A stretch of 48,576 nucleotides of DNA. Origin: an uncultured bacterium. GTDB lineage: Bacteria; Verrucomicrobiota; Kiritimatiellia; RFP12; UBA3636. The notes below the pieces were generated by a model. That model was not told where the DNA came from, did no database searches, and saw only the letters and a program-made list of their open reading frames with translations. This document shows, piece by piece, positions 30,078-37,700 of this stretch. How positions within the stretch are numbered: position 1 is the first letter of the stretch; every line of letters starts with the position of its first letter. The stretch is taken from positions 1 to 48,576 of the forward strand of contig CACWKU010000008.1 in the NCBI GenBank assembly GCA_902761575.1, read 5' to 3'. A program made the position numbers and the translations under genes.

Positions 30078-31487
30078 ATGCATCGCATCCGCTCCTATCA
30101 TTCGCGCGGAGCGCGCCACCCATTTGCCGCGCATCGGCACCCTTCATTCGCGCCAGCGGAGTGTCCTCCATTCACGACGAAGGCGTGCCCTTCATTCGCG
30201 CCAGCGGAGTGCCCTCCATTCACGCCGAAGGCGTGCCCTTCATTCGCGACGCGCAGCGGCGCGCCCTTCATTTGCGGCGGAGCCGCACCCGTCATTCGCG
30301 GCGCAGCCGCGCTCGTCATTGCCGCGGCCGCGACAGCGGCCGCGAGCCCGGCGCCCGCGCCGTGGAGGCAGGCCGACTTCGCGGCCGACCTCTATCGCAA
30401 GGCGGCGTCGGTGCAGCCGGCGGACGAAAACGTCGTGCTGTCGCCGTGGGGCGTGGCGAACCTCTTCGCGCTGCTGCAGACCGGCGCGCGGGGGGACACC
30501 GCTCGCGGCATGGCCTTCGCGCTGCAGCTCGGCGGCGTCGAGCCGCCCGAGCCCGACGCCGTCGCCGCGACGTTCCGCGAGTCGCGCACGAACCTCGAAC
30601 GCGCCGCGAACGACGACGTCGCGCTCGAGCTCTCCGATTCGCTCTGGATCAAGCCCGGATTCGCCCTGTCCGAGAGCTTCCGCTCCCTTGCCCGCGACTC
30701 CTTCGACGCCGACGTCCGCCTCACCTGGATGGGCGCCAAGGGTCGCAAGGAGATCAACGCCTTCGTCGCCGAGAAGACCCACGACCGCATCAAGGACCTG
30801 ATCCAGCCGCCCGTCCTCGACGATCCGCTGACGCGCCTCGTCGCCGTCGACACGGTCTACCTCAAGGCCAAGTGGGAGATCCCCTTCGAGAAGGACGCCA
30901 CGCGCGACCGGACCTTCCACGCGCCGGGCGGCGACGTCGAGGTCCCGTTCCTCCACGACACGCGCCACGCGGAGATCCTCGACGCGCCCGAGTGCGCCGC
31001 GCTGCGGCTCCCGTACCGCTTCGGCTCGGCGGAGATGCTCGTGATCCTGCCGTCGCCCTCCAACACGCTCGCGGAGGTCGAGGCGAAGCTCTCCGGCCCG
31101 TGGCTCGACCGGCTCGCCGCCAAACCGTGGCGGGGCGAGGCCGTCCTCGCGCTCCCGAAGTTCGACTTCGGCAGCGAGCACGACCTGTCGAAGACGCTCC
31201 CGTACATGGGCATGGGCGCCGCGTTCGACCCCGCCCGCGCCGACTTCTCCGGCATCGCGCCGCAGCTCTACATCGGCACCGCCATCCAGAAGGCCAACGT
31301 CACGGTCGACGAAGCCGGCACCGAGGCCGCCGCCGCGACTTTCGCGGTCATGCTGGAAGGGTGCATCGGTCCGATGGAGAACGTTCCGCCCCCGCGCCCG
31401 TTCGTCGCCGACAGGCCGTTCCTCTTCATCATCCGCGAAACCCGCACCGGCCTGATCCTCTTCCTCGGCCGCGTCTGCAAGCCCTAG
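30078..31487 (+). CDS. serpin (inhibitory-type hinge), secreted, with long hairpin-array leader
   Basis: The start was chosen as MHRIRSYHS by analogy with neighbouring leaders; alternatives are 30054 and 29907. Motifs are LSPWGVANLFALL and VDTVYLKAKW. The hinge is DEAGTEAAAATFAV and the end is DRPFLFIIRE. Confidence 0.85.
   Translation: MHRIRSYHSRGARHPFAAHRHPSFAPAECPPFTTKACPSFAPAECPPFTPKACPSFATRSGAPFICGGAAPVIRGAAALVIAAAATAAASPAPAPWRQADFAADLYRKAASVQPADENVVLSPWGVANLFALLQTGARGDTARGMAFALQLGGVEPPEPDAVAATFRESRTNLERAANDDVALELSDSLWIKPGFALSESFRSLARDSFDADVRLTWMGAKGRKEINAFVAEKTHDRIKDLIQPPVLDDPLTRLVAVDTVYLKAKWEIPFEKDATRDRTFHAPGGDVEVPFLHDTRHAEILDAPECAALRLPYRFGSAEMLVILPSPSNTLAEVEAKLSGPWLDRLAAKPWRGEAVLALPKFDFGSEHDLSKTLPYMGMGAAFDPARADFSGIAPQLYIGTAIQKANVTVDEAGTEAAAATFAVMLEGCIGPMENVPPPRPFVADRPFLFIIRETRTGLILFLGRVCKP
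30093..30344 (+). repeat. mini-hairpin tandem array A5 (~10 units, includes a 48-nt higher-order repeat) plus 9-bp terminal hairpin
   Basis: CCTTCATTCGCGCCAGCGGAGTG(T)CCTCCATTCACG(A/C)CGAAGGCGTGC occurs twice. The terminal hairpin is CGCGGCCGC gaca GCGGCCGCG at 30323-30344. Confidence 0.9.
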
Positions 31488-31500
31488 GAGCGAAACTCGT

Positions 31501-34254
31501 ATGAGAACACAAGCAAGAACAACACGTCCCTGCCGCGCAGCGGCCGGCCATTCGGCGGCAATGCCGCCGCCCTTCATTCGCCGCGCAGCGGCGCCCTTCA
31601 TTTGCGGCGGAGCCGCACCCTTCATTCGCCGCGCAGCGGCGCTCGTCATTCTCGCGACGCTGACCGTTTCGGCCCACGCCGAAACGGTCAGCATCGCGAG
31701 CGCCGCCGACTGGGCGGCGTTCGCGGAGCGCGTGAACGCGGGCGAAACGGACCTCTGCGCGGAGATGACCGCCGACGTGACGCTCGGGAACGACGCGCCG
31801 CGCGTCGGAAGTTCGAACTACTTCGGGGGAACCTTCGACGGTCAGGGGCACGCGCTCACGGTCGCGTTCGAGGAGACGGGCGGCTCGGGTTCCGATCGCG
31901 ACCCTCCCTGCGCCCCCTTCGCCTACGTGTGCGGGGCGAGCATCCGGAACCTGCACGTCACCGGAACCATCGCCTCCAACGGCCGTTACGCGGCCGGTTT
32001 CTGCGGTTTCGTGGCCGCCCTGAACGGGACGACCTCGCTTTCGAACTGCCGCTCGTCCGTCTGCGTCGAATGCCGTGTCGACGGCGACGCCACGTCCGCC
32101 GGATTCGTCGGCGCCGTCAAGACGCCCGGCACGCTCCAGATGTCCGACTGCGTCTTCGACGGTTCGATTTGTTCCGGGAGGGGCGTCACGGCCCATTCCT
32201 GCGGCGGGTTCGTCGGCTGGCGCGACGCTTCCGCCTCGGTCTATCTGGGGAGATGCCTGTTCGCTCCGGCGAAGACCAGGGTGGGGACCGACGGAAACGC
32301 CTCGACCTTCGTGCGCGACAACGGCGCCGACGGCCGGAACATCGACGCCTGCCACTATCTCCAGACGCTCGGCGCGGCGCAGGGCGCGAACGCCTCCGCG
32401 ACGTCCGCGGAGGACCTCGCCGCCGCGCTGGGAAGCGACTGGACCGTCGCGGACGGCAAGGTCGTTCTCGCGTCCTTCCCCGGTTCGGTCGAGGTCTACG
32501 ATCCCGATTGGGTCGAGATCTCCTCCGCCGCCGACTGGACCGAGTTCGCCGAATTGGTGAACGCGGGCGAAACGTACCTCTGCGCGAAGATGACCGCCGA
32601 CGTGGCGCTCGGGAACGACGCGCCGCGCGTCGGCACGACGGAGGCCACCGCCTGGACGGGCGAGTTCGACGGCGGCGGACACACGCTCACGGTGGACTGG
32701 ACGTTCACGAAGACGGAATTCGCCGCCCCGTTCGCGATCGTCTCCGGATGCTTCGTCCACGACCTGCACGTCGCCGGATCGATCTCCTCCGACACCAACT
32801 ACGTCGCCGGGTTCGCCGGCTGGGCGAAGCCCGGGGCCCGGTATCCCACGTTCGAACGCTGCCGGTCCTCCGTTGCCCTCACGTGCACGAAGTCCGGCGA
32901 GGTGTGCTGCGGCGGCTTCGTGGGCTACACGTTCTGGGCGGTCTACAACGTCTGCTTCCGGGACTGCCTGTTCGACGGCTCCCTTCTCGGACCGAACGCC
33001 GAACGGTGCGGCGGGTTCGCCGCAAGCCCCTTCGTCGACGCCAACATCGATCTGCACAACTGCCTCTTCGACCCCGCTCAGGTCACGGTTTCGAGCTCAA
33101 TGTCGGGGACCCTCGTGGGCACCCCCTACTCCAGCCACACCTGGGTCGACACGTGCTACTACACCCGGGTCCTCGGCGCGAAGCAGGGCACGGACGCCTC
33201 CGCGATGTCCGAGGAGGACCTCGCCGCCGCGCTCGGCGAGAACTGGATCGTCGCGAGCGGAAAGGTCCTCCCGAAGACGTTCGTCGAGGTCGGCCATCCC
33301 GAGAATGCCGTGGCGGGGTTCGTCTACCAGGGCGCGCTGCGCGACGCGCAGGGGTTCGCGCTCGCGGAGAAGCGCCGGACGGTCGAGATCCGCCTCTACG
33401 CGCAGGCCGCGGGCGGCACCTCGCTCTGGGGCCGGAAGCACGACGTGCTGCTCGACGACGCCGGGCTCTTCCTCGTCCAGCTCTCGGACGACGCCGGCAC
33501 GCCGGTCGACGGCGACCCGGGGACGCCGCTCGCGGACGTCCTCGCGCGGAACGCCGGCGTCCCGCTCTTCGCCGGAGTGACGGTGGCGGGGGCCGGCGCG
33601 GAGATCTCGCCGCGCCAGAAGCTCCTCCCCGCGCCGTTCGCGCTCCTCGCGTCGGATGCCTCCGCCGCGCGCGGCGACTTCGCCGTCGCGGGCGCCCTCT
33701 CCGCGGAGGGGCTGGTCGTCTCGGACGAGCTCGCCGCCCCGTCCGCGCAGATCTCCGGCGCGGCCACCGCCGGGACGCTCGGAACCGCCGGCGGCGTGCG
33801 CGCGGACGGCAACCTGTCGGTCGCGGGCGAGCTCGCGGGCTACGGCACGATCCCCGTCGGCGGCATCGTCGCGTGGAACGGCGCGGAGTCCGCCATCCCG
33901 AACGGCTGGGCGCTCTGCAACGGCCAGACCGCCAACGGGCGCAAGACCCCCGACCTGCGCAACCGCTTCGTCGTCGCCGCGGGCGGGCAGTACAAGGCCG
34001 GCGACACGGGCGGCGAGGACAAGCACAAGCTGACGGTCTCCGAGCTGCCGCCGCACTCGCACACCTACGACTTCAAGGGCGCGGACTTCGACCTCGCGTG
34101 GGACGACGACAACTACATCTACGACGCCTCCGAGCACTACAAGGACAGGCCCCAGAACGCCAACCAGAGGTCCACCAACGCGGCCGGCGGCGACCAGCCG
34201 CACGAGAACCGCCCGCCGTACTACGCGCTTTGCTACATCATGCGCGTCCGCTAG
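31501..34254 (+). CDS. secreted protein: two Cys-rich GLUG-like modules + tail-fibre-like module + phage tail collar domain
   Basis: It starts 13 nt after the serpin stop. Two ~270-aa repeats begin SAADWAAFAERVNAGETDLCAEMTADVTLGNDAPRVG and SAADWTEFAELVNAGETYLCAKMTADVALGNDAPRVG. The C-terminal ~320 aa is paralogous to 28794..29888 and ends identically in HENRPPYYALCYIMRVR. Confidence 0.8.
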   Translation: MRTQARTTRPCRAAAGHSAAMPPPFIRRAAAPFICGGAAPFIRRAAALVILATLTVSAHAETVSIASAADWAAFAERVNAGETDLCAEMTADVTLGNDAPRVGSSNYFGGTFDGQGHALTVAFEETGGSGSDRDPPCAPFAYVCGASIRNLHVTGTIASNGRYAAGFCGFVAALNGTTSLSNCRSSVCVECRVDGDATSAGFVGAVKTPGTLQMSDCVFDGSICSGRGVTAHSCGGFVGWRDASASVYLGRCLFAPAKTRVGTDGNASTFVRDNGADGRNIDACHYLQTLGAAQGANASATSAEDLAAALGSDWTVADGKVVLASFPGSVEVYDPDWVEISSAADWTEFAELVNAGETYLCAKMTADVALGNDAPRVGTTEATAWTGEFDGGGHTLTVDWTFTKTEFAAPFAIVSGCFVHDLHVAGSISSDTNYVAGFAGWAKPGARYPTFERCRSSVALTCTKSGEVCCGGFVGYTFWAVYNVCFRDCLFDGSLLGPNAERCGGFAASPFVDANIDLHNCLFDPAQVTVSSSMSGTLVGTPYSSHTWVDTCYYTRVLGAKQGTDASAMSEEDLAAALGENWIVASGKVLPKTFVEVGHPENAVAGFVYQGALRDAQGFALAEKRRTVEIRLYAQAAGGTSLWGRKHDVLLDDAGLFLVQLSDDAGTPVDGDPGTPLADVLARNAGVPLFAGVTVAGAGAEISPRQKLLPAPFALLASDASAARGDFAVAGALSAEGLVVSDELAAPSAQISGAATAGTLGTAGGVRADGNLSVAGELAGYGTIPVGGIVAWNGAESAIPNGWALCNGQTANGRKTPDLRNRFVVAAGGQYKAGDTGGEDKHKLTVSELPPHSHTYDFKGADFDLAWDDDNYIYDASEHYKDRPQNANQRSTNAAGGDQPHENRPPYYALCYIMRVR
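31526..31700 (+). repeat. mini-hairpin tandem array A6 (~5 units) plus 22-bp terminal hairpin
   Basis: The terminal structure is CTCGCGA c GCTGACCGTTTCGGC ccac GCCGAAACGGTCAGC a TCGCGAG at 31651-31700. That is 15 perfect bp plus 7 more after one mismatch. Confidence 0.9.
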
Positions 34255-34265
34255 CGCGGCCGCGC

Positions 34266-34396
34266 ATGATGAACGAAGGGTGCTTCGCAAATGAAGGGTG
34301 CTTCGCAAATGGAGGGTGCCGCTCCGCGGCAAATGAAGAGTGCGCCTGCGACGCAAATGAAGAGGACTTCGCGAATGAAGGGCGCGTTTCGCGCGA
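34266..34396 (-). repeat. reverse-complement mini-hairpin array (~6 units) downstream of tail-collar gene 2
   Basis: AATGAAGGG/AATGGAGGG/AATGAAGAG spacers alternate with TGCCGC tcc GCGGCA and similar stems. It starts 12 nt after the stop at 34254, in the same junction sequence as at 29888. Confidence 0.9.
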
Positions 34397-34415
34397 ACGG
34401 AAAGAATCGACCGAC

Positions 34416-34781
34416 ATGAAACCGGAAGACGATCCACTGAAAGAGAAGAGCATGGCGTTCGCCGTGTGCGCGGTGAAGCTCGCGAGGTGGCTGCGCGAGG
34501 AGAAAAAGGAGTTCTCCCTCGCCGACCAGATTCTGCGGAGCGGAACCAGCATCGGCGCGAATCTGGCGGAAGCCCGCCACGCCGCGTCGCGCAAGGACTT
34601 TCTCGCGAAGTGCAAGATCTCGCTCAAAGAGTGTTCCGAAACCCTCTTCTGGATCGAACTGCTCGAACGCTCGGACCTTCTTTCCCGCGACCAGGCGAAG
34701 CCCCTTGCTTCCGATTGCAACGACATCCGCCGCCTTCTCGCGGCTTCTTGTAAAACTCTCGAACGGAATCTCCAGCCATGA
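34416..34781 (+). CDS. four-helix-bundle protein (23S rRNA intervening-sequence protein / Avd-like family)
   Basis: 121 aa, MKPEDDPLKEKSMAFAVCAVKLARWL...ADQILRSGTSIGANLAEARHAASRKDFLAKCKISLKECSETLFWIELL. This is the characteristic GANIAEG/SxxDF/ExxYWL pattern. GC is visibly lower than in the neighbours. Its stop overlaps the next ATG (ATGA). Confidence 0.85.
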   Translation: MKPEDDPLKEKSMAFAVCAVKLARWLREEKKEFSLADQILRSGTSIGANLAEARHAASRKDFLAKCKISLKECSETLFWIELLERSDLLSRDQAKPLASDCNDIRRLLAASCKTLERNLQP

Positions 34782-37700
34782 AACTGTCCGACCTGTTCCA
34801 TTCGCCGCGCAGCGGCGCCCTTCATTCGGCGCGGAGCGCCGCCCTTCATTCGGCGGCAACGCCGCCGCCCTTCATTCGCCGCGCAGCGGCGCTCTTCATC
34901 GCGTTGACGGCCGCGACGGCGAGCGAAGCCGCGGATGCCGGATTTACGCTCGGCGTGCCTTCGGCTCCGACCTTGCGGCTGAGCTCCGACGCGGCCGCCA
35001 ACGCCTGGCTTTCGTCCAACGCGCTCTATCCCGCGATGGCGGTCGTGGCGCCGGGCTGGGACGTCGCGACCAACGCCGCGTCGTCCCTGCAGTCCGTCGC
35101 GGGCGAGGAGACCGTGAAGCTCGCCGCCGCCGAGGCCGGCTTCGCGATCGAGCGCACCAAGCCCGAGTACTACCTCGGCGACCTGGTCTCCCCGCCGCCG
35201 CGCGTCGACTGGACCGCCACCTACGAGCGCTTCGTCCGGGACGGCACGGTGGGCTTCCTCTTCGACGCCGCCGGCCAGCGCGTCTACGCCACGCTCGGCG
35301 GAACGGTCCGGTTCACGTGGGTCCTCGAGAACGGCAGCGCGGTCGACATGACCTACGTCGTCTCGTCCTGCTGCTCCGGCCGCCCGCGCCGCATCTACTG
35401 GACGGACCACCCCTACAACGGCCCGCCGATCGACCTGAGCGGCAAGTTCGTGAAGTTCTACGGCCCCGACGAGCTCGTGAAGCCGGCCTACGGCGTCTAC
35501 ACGAACGAGACCGCCGGCATGACCCAGGTCCTCACGAACCGCGTCGTCTCCGGCCTCTACAACGACCCGTCGACCAAGATGCTCTACGCCTACGGCGAGC
35601 TGCAGGGGCAGGTCGTGATGGCCTACTACGACACAGGCACCTTCGAGCGCCTCCTGCACGTGCAGACGGTCGAGATCTGCCGCCCCGTCGTGAACGCGAT
35701 GACGGGCGAGATCGGCCGCCAGCTCAAGCCCGACGGCCGCGGCTACCCGACCGCCGGCCTCCGCGCGCGCCCCACCGTCGTCCAGCCCACGGACGACCGC
35801 GGCGACTACCTCTACCAGCACAAAGGCAAGCATTCCTACAGCCCGAAGAACGGCGCCGTCTTCCCGCTGCGCCCCACCGTCGGCAGCCGCTGGAACGCGG
35901 AGGTGTACTGGATGGAGACCGACGAGATGCTCGTCCAGTGGCCGTTCGAGCTCGACCAGTACGAGTGCGACTGGCCGAAGGACGCCACCGTGTTCGTCCG
36001 CGGCGACCAGGGCGGCGACACGGGCCGCCCGATCTACGTCCCCGACTCCTTCACGCCGACGCTGATGGGCTACCAGGACCCCGAGGGCCACGCCCGCGCC
36101 GTGGAGTCCGACGGCACGTTCCGGACGACCGACGAGGGCTGGTCGCTCCTGAAGCTCGCGGTCGACGACGACGTCTGGTTCGTCCCGCTCCATTCGATCC
36201 TGCGCTCCAACCCCGAGTACTTCACGCTCGAGGAGCAGACGGTCGCCGTCGGCTCCGAGCTGCGCCTCCGCGGCGGCTCGGTCGCCGGCACGGCGGGGAC
36301 GTTCTCGCCCTCCTGCGACCCCGACAGCCCCGGCTACGTCTATCCGCCCGTCTCGGGCGACCACTTCAACCACCGCCTCTACCGCGAGCCGCAGTCGTCC
36401 GCATCCGCGCAGACGAACCAGACCTCGTCCGCCTCCTCCGAGGGCTCCGACACCAACACGTACGCCTCGGTGGTCTACGCGGTCAACGTCGCGGAGAAGC
36501 CGATCGAGGTCTGGTGGAACACGACGATCAAGGAGGAGGGGATGCCCGCCGCGGTCGAGATTCCGACGCTCCCGCAGGTCTACCGCGCGCGCTGGCCGGA
36601 GCTCTGGGAGACGCCTCAGATCGTCATCGCCTCGCAGCAGGGCAGCGCCGCCGAGTCGGTCTATTCGCAGAACCGCGGCCTCTACCTCGACGCGACGAAC
36701 TCCACGGCCATGCTCGCCTCCCGCGCCTATTTCTCCGCCGAAAGCGGGATGGTGCAGCTCTGGATCCGGCCCGACGGCCTCGCGACGGACGACGCCGGCC
36801 GCGCCGTCCTCTCGCTCCACGGCCAGGGCGGGACGAATCTCGTCCTCGACCTGCGCCCGGACCCCGCCGCGGGCGCGACGAACCTCGTCCTTTCGCTGGA
36901 CGGCTCCGGCTCGGTCTCCGTTCCCTTCGAATACCTCCCCGACTTCGGCCTCTGGGTCCCCGTCCAGATCGAGATCGCGCCGGGCGCCGTCGCGCTCCGC
37001 GCCGGCTTCCTCGAGGAGGCCTCCCTCGACGGCGACGCCACGCCGCTGCTCGGCGACGTGGTCGGCGCCGCGCTCGGCGCCTCCGCCGGCGTCGGGGCGC
37101 GCGCCGGCGCCACGGTCGCCGAGATCCTCTTCCGCGCGAAGGCGATCGACGCCGCCGACGCCTTCACCGATGCGTTCGCCGTCCACGAGGGGCGCGAGGT
37201 CGGCCTCACGGGCTGCTACTCGTTCCGCGACACGGACCTGCAGATCGTCCCGGGCTCCGCCGTCCGCGTCTTCACCGACAAGGCGCTCGGCTCGCGCCAC
37301 CGCGCCCTCCGCTGCCTCTCCGAGTCCGACGGTCCGCCGCTCTTCGGCGCGGGCGTGGTCGTCTCCGACGCCGGCACGACGCCGGTCGTCTACGCGCAGA
37401 ACGACCCGGAAGAGCCCGGCTACAACCCGAACGAGGAGCACGGCATCGTGACCGCCGGCTCCGGCGGGCACGTCGCGTGGGCGCTGCGCTCCGACCTCAA
37501 CTCGGACACGTCCTCCGCGCCCGGCGTCCTCGTCGAATACGTCTCGGACGGCCGCAAGGCGATGCGCTGGTTCTCCGTCGCCGTCACCAACTCCCTCTGG
37601 CCCGAACTCGCCGCGCCCTGCACCGCCGGCCTCGCGCTCCCGGGCCCGCACCCGCTCGACACGTTCGACAACCCGTGGAAGAAGGAGACCTACTGGGACG

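Noticed and set aside
28794-34781. A diversity-generating retroelement: Avd-like four-helix-bundle gene next to paralogous C-terminal regions that could be a TR/VR pair.
   Set aside because: No reverse transcriptase is in the window. The differences between the two collar-domain regions are spread over all four bases rather than confined to adenine positions. The collar domain is not a CLec/Ig-type VR scaffold.
22441-34902. The hairpin arrays as CRISPR arrays.
   Set aside because: Units are contiguous with no unique spacers and are ~24 nt long. They lie inside ORFs in frame-preserving fashion. No cas genes are present.
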